Origin: Desulfotalea psychrophila LSv54
GTDB lineage: Bacteria > Desulfobacterota > Desulfobulbia > Desulfobulbales > Desulfocapsaceae
DNA: 32,000 nt
NCBI RefSeq assembly: GCF_000025945.1
Contig: NC_006138.1
Location: 2,100,001-2,132,000 of the forward strand
Reading direction: 5' to 3'
In this document: positions 1 to 9,570 of the stretch, piece after piece
How the letters are laid out: every line of letters begins with the position of its first letter
Position numbering within the stretch: the first letter of the stretch is position 1
Program-made: the position numbers and the translations under genes
The notes under the pieces: model-generated
What the model was told of the DNA's origin: nothing
Seen by the model: the letters and a program-made list of their open reading frames with translations, nothing else
Database searches by the model: none

Positions 1-75
1 GGTGAGGCTATCTTCTCGATTTATGGGGAAGATGCTGCCCTTGTGCTCTGGATGCGGAACTTTTTACGAGGGTGA
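1..75 (+). CDS. Possible C-terminal end of an upstream CDS truncated by the window edge
   Basis: Frame 1 is open from base 1 (GEAIFSIYGEDAALVLWMRNFLRG*) and stops at TGA 73-75; too short to assign. Confidence 0.3.
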   Translation, partial: GEAIFSIYGEDAALVLWMRNFLRG

Positions 76-108
76 ATGACTATATTTCCGCGGAGTAGGA
101 GGAACATT

Positions 109-546
109 ATGTCGCTTGTGAAATGGAATCCTTGGCGAGAGATTGAAGATGTTTTTGACCGCAATATTAAGAGAGTGCCGTCCAGGCTAAGTGATCTGGG
201 ATTTGCTACAAGCGAAGACTGGACTCCCAAGGTGGACATCAGTGAGACCGATAAAGAGTTTATTATCAAGGCAGAGCTTCCTGAGGTAAAACGGGAAGAT
301 GTTAAGGTGACGGTAGATAAGGGTGTTCTTACAATTTGTGGAGAGAGAAAGCAGGAAAGAGAAGAAGAGGGCAAGACGTTCCATCGAGTTGAGAGATATT
401 ACGGTAGTTTTACCCGGAGCTTCACCCTGCCTGAAAATGTCGATGAGTCTAAGGTTGATGCCAGCTATAAGGACGGGATGCTCAATTTGAAAATTGAAAA
501 AACTGAAGAGGCAAAACCGACAAGTATTGAGGTGGAGATTAAGTAG
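109..546 (+). CDS. Hsp20/alpha-crystallin family small heat shock protein
   Basis: Protein from ATG at 109 (MSLVKWNPWREIEDVFDR...) with alpha-crystallin core features (PKVDISETDKEFIIKAELPEVKREDVKVTVDKGVLTICGERK...YGSFTRSFTLPENVDESKVDASYKDGMLNLKIEK); AGGAGG-like RBS upstream. Confidence 0.95.
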   Translation: MSLVKWNPWREIEDVFDRNIKRVPSRLSDLGFATSEDWTPKVDISETDKEFIIKAELPEVKREDVKVTVDKGVLTICGERKQEREEEGKTFHRVERYYGSFTRSFTLPENVDESKVDASYKDGMLNLKIEKTEEAKPTSIEVEIK

Positions 547-730
547 CTTCTCTTTTCTTTTCAGCTTTGGCTTCAAACCATGGGGCGGGGCAGAGCAGCC
601 CCTCCTCGTGGGGCCGAGGCTTGACTATCATTTGTCAACAGTATCTTGCAATGATAAACCCACCACTGCCACTCTCATTACGGGGCGAGATTTATTGCTT
701 CAATTCACCGTAATTCTAAGCGCATATCGT

Positions 731-1606
731 TTATTCTGCTCTCTTTGTTTTGGAATAGTCGCTGGGGCTGTTGCCAAAATAGCGTTTAAATTCTCGACTG
801 AACTGGGTGCTACTCTCATAGCCCACCTCAGCTGCCGCTTCACTGACTCGCATTCTCTGCCCGATGAGGAGGGAGTGCGCTCTGCTTAAGCGGATTTTTT
901 TGATATATTGGATGGGGGTTGAGGCGGTTATCTCCTTAAAAACACGGTGGAAGACAGAGGGACTCATGTTGACTAGCTGGGAGAGTTGTTCTACGGCAAT
1001 GCCCTGCTGATAGTGTGTATCTATGAACTTTAAGGCCCTGTCGATTTGGGAGAGCCTGCTATTGTTGCTGGCAAGGGCATAGAGAGAGGCGGCGCCCTCG
1101 GCACAGATAAGACGAAACATTAACTCCTGGATAAGTGCTTCGCCAAGGATGTGGCTTTCCAGTGGTGTTTGCAGTGCTTGCAGTAATCTTCTTAGGGTCT
1201 CGTTTATAGTAGAACTTCTCCTGCCAAGAAAAAGGCCCTGTTGCTCTTTAGCATAGGAGGGAGGGGGGCGCTGGTCGCCGAGCTGAATGATGATGTGGTT
1301 GAGCTGTTGGACATCAATGTCTACCATCATCAGGAGCACTGGCTTTTGTGTCGTCGCGCAGGTCTCGCACTCTGCAGGGATGGGCACCGTTAGTACCAGG
1401 TAATTTTCGGGATTGTACTCATATATTTTGTCATCGAGGTATACCCTCTTTGAGCCCTGACCGACAAAGAGAACTCCTTGTTTGTAGCAGAGCGGGCCCC
1501 GGGGTGAATAGGCACTTGCCTTAAATATTTTAATTCTGGAGAGGGAGGTTTCGTTGAGCCCCTCCTCCGTCGCCAGATTGTTCATCAGTTCGCCTATGGT
1601 TTGCAT
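731..1606 (-). CDS. AraC-family transcriptional regulator (AraC_N plus C-terminal HTH; YqhC-like)
   Basis: C-terminal double HTH (GIAVEQLSQLVNMSPSVFHRVFKEITASTPIQYIKKIRLSRAHSLL...VGYESSTQFSREFKRYFGNSPSDYSK); start at 1606 preferred because an AAAAGGGG RBS precedes ATG; the track start is 1642. Confidence 0.9.
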   Translation of the reverse strand: MQTIGELMNNLATEEGLNETSLSRIKIFKASAYSPRGPLCYKQGVLFVGQGSKRVYLDDKIYEYNPENYLVLTVPIPAECETCATTQKPVLLMMVDIDVQQLNHIIIQLGDQRPPPSYAKEQQGLFLGRRSSTINETLRRLLQALQTPLESHILGEALIQELMFRLICAEGAASLYALASNNSRLSQIDRALKFIDTHYQQGIAVEQLSQLVNMSPSVFHRVFKEITASTPIQYIKKIRLSRAHSLLIGQRMRVSEAAAEVGYESSTQFSREFKRYFGNSPSDYSKTKRAE

Positions 1607-1960
1607 GCTATCCCCTTTTATAAGATGTGATTCTTTCACCATAACAGGTCGGCCCGGTAATGCGATTATTTATAGGGGCAGTAGGATTAGGCATGAAAAT
1701 GATGGCTTTGTGTCTTCTCTTTTTTTCAAATTTATTTAAATATTAGCTGATGTAACAAAACATGTAGATTGCGGCTAAGCAGCTCTCTATTTATGGGAAC
1801 CATGAAAAATAGTCTTTTCTTCAAATTGCTGCGTTATTCGAAAAATTCTATCCTCGAAATATTGCCTATATGTCTGTGGTAAAATTTTACGAATGCCTTG
1901 ATCTTTATTGAAAAATCCTAATTTTTCAAGCCACCCTTATAACAAAAAAAGGATATCACT

Positions 1961-3133
1961 ATGTTGAATTTTAGTTTTTATAACCCGACAAATATTGTTT
2001 TTGGTGAAGGACAGCTTCAGGAGCTTGATAATCTTGTCCCTAAGGATGCCAGGGTGCTCATTACCTACGGTGGCGGTAGCGCTCAGCGCACAGGTGCTCT
2101 CGACAGGGTTAAGGCTGAGCTGGGCAAATCGGAGCGAAGCCTCTTTGAATTTGCTGGCATCCCTGCAAATCCTGCCCTGACCGTACTTCTTCAGGCAATT
2201 GAGTATGTGCGTGAAAACAGGATTGATTTTCTTCTTGCCGTGGGTGGCGGTTCGGTGATGGATGGAACAAAGTTCATTGCCCTTGCCTCCTATGCCAAAG
2301 AGTTTCAAGGGAGAGAGCGGGAGCTGATGAACTTCGGTTTTAATCCGGTACCCGTTGCCAGTGCCATTCCCTTTGGTACAGTGGTGACTCTGCCTGCCAC
2401 CGGTTCTGAGATGAACAACGGGGCGGTAATCAGTGACGGCGAAGACAAACTTCCGGTCTTTAGTCCTTATACCTTTCCCAGGTTTTCTATTTTAGATCCA
2501 ACCCTTACCTATACCCTGCCTGCAACTCAGGTGGCAAACGGTATTGTGGACACCTTTATTCATACCGTGGAACAGTATATTACCTATCCCGCCGAAGGAC
2601 GATTTCAAGACCGTACTGCTGAGGGTATTCTCCAGACCCTGGTAGAGGTTGGAAAAAAAACCATCGATGATCCCAGTGATTATGATGCCAGGGCAAACCT
2701 GGTCTGGTGTTCCACTATGGCCCTCAATGGTCTCATTGGTGCCGGTGTTCCTCAGGACTGGAACACCCATATGATAGGTCATGAGATCACTGCCCTTACC
2801 GGTATTGATCATGCCAAGACCCTGGCCACTATTCAGCCTGCCATTTGGCGGGTGCGCCGGCAAGAAAAGCGGGAGAAGCTACTCCAGTACGCTGAGCGCG
2901 TTTGGTCTATCACCGAAGGTGGAGAGGAGGAGCGCATTGATCAGGCCATAGCCAGGACCGAAGAATTTTTTCAAAGCCTGGGCATCCCCACCAGACTCTC
3001 GGCCTATGATCTCGGCGAAGATTTTATCGGTAGGGTACTGACCTCTCTTGAGAGACATGGGATGACGGCACTTTCGGAACGGGGCGACGTAACCCTTGAG
3101 GTTTCAAAGAGGATACTGCAAGCGGCCCTGTAG
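1961..3133 (+). CDS. yqhD: Iron-containing alcohol dehydrogenase, YqhD/butanol dehydrogenase-like
   Basis: Full-length ORF with NFSFYNPTNIVFGEGQL, GGGSVMDGTKF, TLPATGSEMNNGAVI and the metal-binding region GHEITALTGIDHAKTLA. Confidence 0.9.
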   Translation: MLNFSFYNPTNIVFGEGQLQELDNLVPKDARVLITYGGGSAQRTGALDRVKAELGKSERSLFEFAGIPANPALTVLLQAIEYVRENRIDFLLAVGGGSVMDGTKFIALASYAKEFQGRERELMNFGFNPVPVASAIPFGTVVTLPATGSEMNNGAVISDGEDKLPVFSPYTFPRFSILDPTLTYTLPATQVANGIVDTFIHTVEQYITYPAEGRFQDRTAEGILQTLVEVGKKTIDDPSDYDARANLVWCSTMALNGLIGAGVPQDWNTHMIGHEITALTGIDHAKTLATIQPAIWRVRRQEKREKLLQYAERVWSITEGGEEERIDQAIARTEEFFQSLGIPTRLSAYDLGEDFIGRVLTSLERHGMTALSERGDVTLEVSKRILQAAL

Positions 3134-3158
3134 CAGAGCCTCTTAATGTCTTAGGTAA

Positions 3159-3190
3159 GGGGGACAGGCATAGGCCTGTCCCCCATTTTT
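3159..3190 (+). terminator. Rho-independent terminator downstream of yqhD
   Basis: Perfect 10-bp stem GGGGGACAGG / CCTGTCCCCC (3159-3168 / 3175-3184) followed by ATTTTTT. Confidence 0.85.
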
Positions 3191-3195
3191 TAGCC

Positions 3196-4137
3196 CTACG
3201 CTTTTTGAATTGGGGCTGGTTTTTTGACATGCCCCAGAACAGACATGGCCGTTGCCACCACCGATGACATCTCTCCCATATTAGAGGGGATGATCATGGT
3301 ATTATTCTTCTTGGCCAGTTTGCCAAATTCAACAACGTATTTTTCTGCCACGCGTAGATTTGCCGCTGTCTCCCCGCCTTCCAAGCTTAGGGCATTGGCA
3401 ACTTTTTTTAGTCCTTCAGCTGTGGCCTGTGCGACCACTTCAATCTCTTTTGCCTGGCCCTCTGCCTCATTTATACGTTTTTGCTTTTCACCCTCGGAGA
3501 CGGCAATGGCCTCTCTTTTCAGACCTTCGGCGCGGTTTATTCGGGCCTGTCTATCGCCTTCTGAGAGGGCAATGGTGGCTCGTTTTTCCCGTACTGCCCG
3601 CATCTGTTTCTCCATTGCCTCCATTACACTATGGGGTGGGGTGATATCTTTTATCTCGTAGCGCAGAACCTTGACACCCCAGTTTTGTGAGGCCTCATCT
3701 ATGGCGGCAACGACCTGCTGGTTGAGGGTGTCACGCTCTTCAAAGGTTTTATCCAGTTCAATTCTGCCGATGACTGACCTCAGAGAGGTTTGGGCAAGTT
3801 GGCTTGCCGCATATTTATAGTCCTCAACACCATAGGCAGAGAGTTTGCTATCTATGACCTGAATATAGAGGATGCCATCAACGGCTATGGTGATGTTGTC
3901 GTTGGTAATACAGTCCTGAGAGGGGATGTTCATCACCTCTTCTTTCAGGGAGCGCTTGTAGGCAACCTTGTCCAGGAAGGGGATGAGGATGTGGAAACCG
4001 GCACTAAGTGATTGGCGATATTTGCCAAGACGCTCAACAACAAACTCTGAGCGCTGTGGAACTACAGTGGCTGTCTTCAATAGTAATATTATTGCTATGG
4101 CAGCAAGCACAGCAACGACAATGATGGATTCATTCAT
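3196..4137 (-). CDS. SPFH/Band 7 (stomatin/prohibitin-like) membrane protein, QmcA-like
   Basis: N-terminal TM segment followed by VVPQRSEFVVERLGKYRQSLSAGFHILIPFLDKVAYKRSLKE and an Ala/Glu-rich coiled coil (GDRQARINRAEGLKREAI...AEGQAKEIEVVA). Confidence 0.92.
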   Translation of the reverse strand: MNESIIVVAVLAAIAIILLLKTATVVPQRSEFVVERLGKYRQSLSAGFHILIPFLDKVAYKRSLKEEVMNIPSQDCITNDNITIAVDGILYIQVIDSKLSAYGVEDYKYAASQLAQTSLRSVIGRIELDKTFEERDTLNQQVVAAIDEASQNWGVKVLRYEIKDITPPHSVMEAMEKQMRAVREKRATIALSEGDRQARINRAEGLKREAIAVSEGEKQKRINEAEGQAKEIEVVAQATAEGLKKVANALSLEGGETAANLRVAEKYVVEFGKLAKKNNTMIIPSNMGEMSSVVATAMSVLGHVKKPAPIQKA

Positions 4138-4147
4138 ATCCTACTCC

Positions 4148-4609
4148 TTATAATTTTTTGACTCTGAAGGTAAGTCCGTCTTCTGATTCCTGGCTTGTAA
4201 CTAAAACAGATTGTCCCTCTTCGATGCTTTCATCGGCAACAGCTCTCCAGAAACTCCCCATTACCTTGATTTCGCCAGGCGTATTTGCTGATATTTCCTT
4301 GGTTACCAGTGCCGTCTTGCCAATTTTTGAGTTAATATATGGGTCTTCGTGATCATCACGAGTGCTCCCTTTGAAGGTTTTTAGACAATACCTGCGCAGG
4401 GAAAAGAGAAAAAGCAGGGAGGAGATGATGAAGATTAATATCTGGGTGGGTAAGCCGATGTCTGTTAACCAGGCTGTTAAACCGGCAATCCAGCATCCAG
4501 CTGTGAAAAAAATCAGAATGAAGCCTGGCAGGAGCAACTCCACGATTAAAAAGAGAACACCCACAAGAAACCATATTAGCGAATAGGAAAGAGTCATGTT
4601 TTTAACCAA
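4148..4609 (-). CDS. NfeD-family membrane protein
   Basis: TM segments plus C-terminal OB-like domain (GKTALVTKEISANTPGEIKVMGSFWRAVADESIEEGQSVLVTSQ); 10 bp upstream of the SPFH gene on the same strand; start may be the ATG at 4597. Confidence 0.88.
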   Translation of the reverse strand: MVKNMTLSYSLIWFLVGVLFLIVELLLPGFILIFFTAGCWIAGLTAWLTDIGLPTQILIFIISSLLFLFSLRRYCLKTFKGSTRDDHEDPYINSKIGKTALVTKEISANTPGEIKVMGSFWRAVADESIEEGQSVLVTSQESEDGLTFRVKKL

Positions 4610-5124
4610 TTTACCTGTTGAGATGAGAGGTGGCTACCGATTGCTCCATACTATATAGAGACGATCTGTACTCTCTTAGTTTATCTGTTGCCCTGCCGTG
4701 GTTCAATTCTTTTCTAGGGAGGACAACTATAAAGTTGTATCGAGGCAAAGACTAAGAGGCTTTTTTTATGTTCGTCCTCAGGGTGGAGGTTCTTCTCTTG
4801 ATAAGGAGTGCAAGCTCATCCTCAGGAAAGAGAGCAGGTAGTTAGCTGTAGGAGGTGGGTTGTGTATCGTTCTCTTGTTTATTGGGAGAACAGCTCTGTA
4901 GAGTCCTGTCGCTATAGGGGAAAACTATTTCTTTCTTTTCAAGATAATCCTATGTTATAACAGATTGTTGGCGTGGGGCGAGACTCTGCTTTTGTGAGTG
5001 TTGCAGTTACAGGTAAGTGCTTCTGCGTCTTATGAAGGAGGAAGGACATTGATATATGATATTAATGTCTTTTGCGAATATTTATGTCGTCGATGTGACG
5101 TGTCTTTTTATTGGGAGGGTGCAG

Positions 5125-5937
5125 GTGATAGAATTACCAACAGTTGTTATTCGTGGTGCAGGAGATCTGGCAACGGGTGTTGCTCTACGGCTTTATCGTG
5201 CTGGCTTTAAGCGTATTCTGATGCTTGAGCAGGAAAAGCCTCTTGCCGTAAGGCGAACGGTCTCTTTTTCTGAGATTGTTTATGCGAAGGGGCATAGGGT
5301 TGAGGAGGTTGGTGCCATTCTTGCTACCTCTCAGGCGGATGTGCTCTCTGCCTGGAAGGGCGGGGATATTCCTGTTCTTGTGGATCCGGAACTCTCCTGT
5401 CTTGCTGAGATGGATGTAGATATTCTTGTTGATGCTATTTTGGCAAAGAAAAATTTAGGCACCAGACGGGATCATGCCCCATTGGTGATTGGATTAGGGC
5501 CGGGATTTTCTGCAGGAGATGATGTAGATCGGGTGGTCGAAACTAAGCGGGGACATTTTCTTGGTAGGCTTATTACCGACGGCCCCGCTACTGCAAATAG
5601 CGGTAAGCCAGGCGCTGTTATGGGCTATACGACAGAACGTGTTATTTGGGCTGAGCAGGCAGGATTTTATACCAGTCCTCTGCAGATAGGGGCCTTGGTA
5701 GAGGCGGGTGACGTTATTGGTTCTGTCGATGGTGTTCCGTTTTGTACTGAAATTTCAGGGGTTTTACGTGGCCTTCTTCCAACTGACATTCAGGTGGGAA
5801 AGCGGTGTAAGCTTGCCGATATTGACCCTCGTGGCCTGGTGAATTATTGCGATTCTGTTTCCGAAAAGGCCCTTGCCATTGGCGGCGGGGTGTTGGAAGC
5901 TGTGTGTAGCTATACTCTTAATAGGATGTTGTCCTAA
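5125..5937 (+). CDS. yqeB: YqeB/EF2563-family selenium-dependent molybdenum hydroxylase system protein
   Basis: VVIRGAGDLATGVALRLYRAGFKRILMLEQEKPLAVRRTVSFSEIVYAKG...; GTG at 5125 preceded by GGGAGG; the track start 5056 lacks a comparable RBS. Confidence 0.8.
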   Translation: MIELPTVVIRGAGDLATGVALRLYRAGFKRILMLEQEKPLAVRRTVSFSEIVYAKGHRVEEVGAILATSQADVLSAWKGGDIPVLVDPELSCLAEMDVDILVDAILAKKNLGTRRDHAPLVIGLGPGFSAGDDVDRVVETKRGHFLGRLITDGPATANSGKPGAVMGYTTERVIWAEQAGFYTSPLQIGALVEAGDVIGSVDGVPFCTEISGVLRGLLPTDIQVGKRCKLADIDPRGLVNYCDSVSEKALAIGGGVLEAVCSYTLNRMLS

Positions 5938-6123
5938 GGGATACTTGAAAAATATTCTTCTCTTTGTTGGCAGATTCCCCCGGGCCTTAGCTTTTGTTGT
6001 AGGCTGGCGGTTGCAGTATTCTCCTTTCTTGGCTAGAACCTGGGGAAATGAACAAAAAGAAGGATAAGGATGCTTTTATTGTTGACAGCGATAAAACATT
6101 CATGTATAGTGACGTTCACGTAA

Positions 6124-6200
<77 letters not shown>

Positions 6201-6208
6201 ATTTCAAA

Positions 6209-6248
6209 AAAGGGCTTACAGGCTTTTTGGCTGTAAGCCCTTTTTTTT
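6209..6248 (+). terminator. Rho-independent terminator after tRNA-fMet
   Basis: GGGCTTACAG / CTGTAAGCCC (6212-6221 / 6231-6240) followed by TTTTTTTT. Confidence 0.9.
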
Positions 6249-6552
6249 GAGTTTTTGTTTCTACTTCGTCTCTCTTGGATAAGATCCAGATGAAACTCTT
6301 TGAGTTTTAAGAGCGGCCTGTGGAATCAGGAAACAGACAGCAGGGAAGTTTTTTCTCTGATCTGTTACACAACCTATAGATGCACAGAGTGTGCTTATAT
6401 AGGAAATTAAATAGTGGTGAGTGATAAAAGCTTACCCTGTTTCAGTACTTTAGGTAAAAGAAAAATTGTCAGATTTTATATATGTTGCATGTATTCAGCA
6501 TGACAAGTACTACCTCAGGTTTGGGACATTAAACTTTGTTTAGGAGATTGTC

Positions 6553-6753
6553 ATGGCTGAAGGAATTGTAAAGTGGTTTAACGATGCGAAGGGTTTTGGT
6601 TTTATCGAGCAAGAGGGTGGAGATGACCTTTTCGTACATCACACCAGCATTAATGCTTCCGGTTTCAAAACTCTCGAAGAAGGTGCACGCGTATCTTTCG
6701 AGATCGAAGACGGCGCTAAAGGACCAGCGGCAGCAAACGTTACCGCCCTTTAA
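6553..6753 (+). CDS. Cold-shock domain protein, CspA family
   Basis: [33 protein letters not shown]... with RNP1 and RNP2 motifs; 66 aa. Confidence 0.97.
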   Translation: MAEGIVKWFNDAKGFGFIEQEGGDDLFVHHTSINASGFKTLEEGARVSFEIEDGAKGPAAANVTAL

Positions 6754-6812
6754 GTTGTAAATACATAAGGTTAGAATAATCTCTTTGAGGTTTTTTTGAC
6801 CAAGGTATTAAG

Positions 6813-6850
6813 AAGCCCCTTAGGATTAATTTCCTAAGGGGCTTTTTTTT
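6813..6850 (+). terminator. Rho-independent terminator of the csp gene
   Basis: AAGCCCCTTAGGA / TCCTAAGGGGCTT followed by a long T tract. Confidence 0.9.
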
Positions 6851-6966
6851 TATAAAAAATGAGAAAGCTGACGTTAAATTGTATTTTTTAGCTTGATTCC
6901 TCTTGCATAAAGACATTCTAGTATTATTTTATTGGGAATGATTATTAAATATTTATAGAGGCTAGT

Positions 6967-7497
6967 ATGGAAAATAGACAGGTAGATGCGGATCAGGCGC
7001 AGCAGTGGGTTCATTCTGGTGAGGCTGTACTGATAGATATAAGAACTATGCCGGAGGTTATGGCCCTTGAAATTGCCCATTCCCTCTATATGCCTTTGAG
7101 TTTGGTATCGGCTAAGAGAATTGAGCAACTACAGCTGACAGAGGATAAAAAGATAGTCTTTTTCTGTCGATCAGGAAATCGCTCAGCTAGCCTACTTGAG
7201 GCTCAGCCGAATTTACATGGTGGGAATATCTGGAGCTTGCAGGGTGGCTTGCTCTCTTGGCAGAGGCGGGGACTTCCGGTTGCCACAAAGGGGCAACAGG
7301 CCATTTCTCTTGAACGGCAGACCCATATTACTGTTGGATCTTTGATTCTATTGACGGCCTTTTTGGGGGCCACTATAAATCCCTCATTTTTTGGAGCAAC
7401 GGCGTTTTTTGGTGCCGGTCTTCTCTTTGCAGGATTGAGTGGTACCTGTATGATGGCGAAGATGCTTATGAAACTTCCCTGGAACAGAGCTGCTTAA
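6967..7497 (+). CDS. Rhodanese-like sulfurtransferase with C-terminal hydrophobic (DUF2892-like) domain, YgaP-like
   Basis: Rhodanese core with active-site loop CRSGNRS and two C-terminal hydrophobic helices (GSLILLTAFLGATINPSFFG...). Confidence 0.88.
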   Translation: MENRQVDADQAQQWVHSGEAVLIDIRTMPEVMALEIAHSLYMPLSLVSAKRIEQLQLTEDKKIVFFCRSGNRSASLLEAQPNLHGGNIWSLQGGLLSWQRRGLPVATKGQQAISLERQTHITVGSLILLTAFLGATINPSFFGATAFFGAGLLFAGLSGTCMMAKMLMKLPWNRAA

Positions 7498-7590
7498 TCT
7501 AGGGATCGTTTTTGTCTCTTTAACCTGTTATCATTGCTCTTGGTAGGACGTTTCCTTGAGCTCATGAGTGAATAGAGAGGTAGAGAATCA

Positions 7591-8238
7591 ATGACATATA
7601 AGGCAGCAATACCCGCCTATGGACGGGTTGAAGAGAGATTAAATGTTCTCTCCCACGGTCTTGGTGCTTTGGGGGCGGTGGTGGGGTTCTGTTATTTGCT
7701 TCATCAGGCCTTTATTATGAGCAGTTGGCCCTATTGGCTCAGCGCTACGGTCTTTGGTGGTGGCATGGTCTTGATGCTTACCAGCTCTACACTGTATCAT
7801 TTGGCGAAAAAACCTGTTCTACGCAAGTGGTTACGACGTTGTGACCATGGCATGATCTTTATATTTATTGCAGCGACCTATACACCTTTTACCCTTCTGG
7901 CTTTGCAGGGTGATCAATCTATCTTTTGGACTGCTATTATTTGGTCTATTGCCCTGCTTGGTATCATTGTTGCCTTTATTCCCTTTAAGCATAAGGTTTG
8001 GGTGGAGATTCCTCTCTGTTTGGGCTTGGGGTGGCTTGCCATATTTCTCTATGGCTCTTTTTCTGGGGAATTAGGTCTTGGCGGGCATTGGTTGTTCGCG
8101 GGGGGAGTTGTTTATAGCGTGGGGGCCCTGCTATATTTGGTAAAAAAAATGCCCTTTAATCATGCTATCTGGCACTGTTTTGTCCTGGCTGGCTTGAGTT
8201 GTCACTATGTGGCGATCTCTGCTTATCTTATGACTTAG
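7591..8238 (+). CDS. Hemolysin III / TrhA (PAQR-type) family membrane protein
   Basis: EERLNVLSHGLGALGAVVGF, SSTLYHL and HAIWHCFVLAGLSCHYVAI; seven predicted hydrophobic segments. Confidence 0.93.
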   Translation: MTYKAAIPAYGRVEERLNVLSHGLGALGAVVGFCYLLHQAFIMSSWPYWLSATVFGGGMVLMLTSSTLYHLAKKPVLRKWLRRCDHGMIFIFIAATYTPFTLLALQGDQSIFWTAIIWSIALLGIIVAFIPFKHKVWVEIPLCLGLGWLAIFLYGSFSGELGLGGHWLFAGGVVYSVGALLYLVKKMPFNHAIWHCFVLAGLSCHYVAISAYLMT

Positions 8239-8261
8239 GTCGTTTTCCATTGATACAAAAA

Positions 8262-8297
8262 AGGCTGATATCCATTGTGGATATCAGCCTTTTTTTA
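8262..8297 (+). terminator. Bidirectional rho-independent terminator between convergent trhA-like gene and glyA
   Basis: Perfect 13-bp stem AGGCTGATATCCA / TGGATATCAGCCT (8262-8274 / 8278-8290) with A-rich left flank and T tract on the right. Confidence 0.9.
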
Positions 8298-8319
8298 TTC
8301 ATCTTTTTAGGAAAGACGA

Positions 8320-9570
8320 TTATTTTGCAATGTGTTCGAGTCCTGGGGCAGGAAATTTATCACAGAGAGCTTGTACTTCCTGGGCAATTTCGGCAAGAAC
8401 TGCGCTGTCTTCGAAATTATTGACAACTCTGTCCATCATGTTACCGAGTATTACCATCTCAGCCTTGGCAAAACCCCTTGAGGTGATTGCGCAGGTGCCG
8501 AGGCGGATACCGCTAGGATCAAAAGGTTTGCGCTTATCAAAGGGCACAGAGTTGCAGTTGAGAACAATGCCTGCAGCATCAAGGGCCTTTGCCGCCTGCT
8601 TGCCGGTAATGTTTTTGTTGGAAAGGTCAATGAGCATAAGGTGGTTTTCTGTGCCACCTGTTACCAGATTAAAACCTTTCTCAATAAGTACATCGGCAAG
8701 GCTTGCTGCATTTTCGACTACCTGAGCGGTATATTTTTTGAAGCTATCTGTGCTAGCCTCTTTCAGGGCAACGGCAATGGCTGCGGTGGTGCTGTCGTGT
8801 GGACCGCCCTGCATTCCCGGGAATACAGCCTTGTCGATTGCCTTGGCATATTCAGCCTTACACATGATCATTGCCCCACGTGGGCCGCGGAGGGATTTGT
8901 GGGTGGTGGTGGTAACTACATCGGCATATGGAAATGGAGAGGGATGAACGCCACCGGCAACAAGTCCTGCAAAGTGGGCCATATCAACCATCAGCAAAGC
9001 CCCAACCTCATCGGCGATTTCGCGGAACTTGGCGAAGTCGAGTATCCTTGGATATGCAGAGTGACCGGCAATCAAAATTTTTGGTTTGCATTCAAGGGCC
9101 TTGTTACGAATTTCTTCGTAATCCAGTATGCCCTCTTCGTTGAGTGCATAGGAGACGGCATTAAAATATTTACCAGAAATACTTACCTTGGAACCGTGGG
9201 TAAGGTGTCCACCGTGGGGAAGTGCCATTCCCAGGATGGTGTCGCCAGGTTTTAGGAAGGCGAGATAGACGGCCATATTAGCAGGAGATCCTGAGTATGG
9301 CTGTACGTTAACATGTTCTGCGCCAAAAACAGCCTTTGCCCGGTCAATGGCAATGCTCTCTATTTGGTCAATAAGCTGTTGCCCCTCATAGTAGCGCTTG
9401 CCGGGATATCCTTCTGAATATTTATTGGTAAGAATAGAACCTGTTGCCTCAAGCACAGCCGAGGATACATAGTTCTCTGAGGCAATGAGACGAATCTTAT
9501 TGTGCTGACGTACCTCTTCTTGTTGGATTAAAGAAAAAATTTCTGGATCTTGCTGTTGTAAAGCTGTCAT
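8320..9570 (-). CDS. glyA: Serine hydroxymethyltransferase
   Basis: Highly conserved SHMT sequence: RLIASENYVSSAVLEATGSILTNKYSEGYPGKRYYEGQQ... and VTTTTHKSLRGPRGAMI (PLP lysine region); start MTALQQ at 9570. Confidence 0.98.
   Translation of the reverse strand: MTALQQQDPEIFSLIQQEEVRQHNKIRLIASENYVSSAVLEATGSILTNKYSEGYPGKRYYEGQQLIDQIESIAIDRAKAVFGAEHVNVQPYSGSPANMAVYLAFLKPGDTILGMALPHGGHLTHGSKVSISGKYFNAVSYALNEEGILDYEEIRNKALECKPKILIAGHSAYPRILDFAKFREIADEVGALLMVDMAHFAGLVAGGVHPSPFPYADVVTTTTHKSLRGPRGAMIMCKAEYAKAIDKAVFPGMQGGPHDSTTAAIAVALKEASTDSFKKYTAQVVENAASLADVLIEKGFNLVTGGTENHLMLIDLSNKNITGKQAAKALDAAGIVLNCNSVPFDKRKPFDPSGIRLGTCAITSRGFAKAEMVILGNMMDRVVNNFEDSAVLAEIAQEVQALCDKFPAPGLEHIAK

Noticed and set aside
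21-576. Minus-strand ORFs (21..374, 187..576) overlapping hsp20
   Set aside because: They are antisense to a strongly conserved Hsp20 gene and have low-complexity translations with no recognisable domain.
8330-9255. Plus- and minus-strand ORFs inside glyA (including 8641..9255, 204 aa)
   Set aside because: Shadow ORFs on alternative frames of a highly conserved SHMT gene; no domain and no RBS support.
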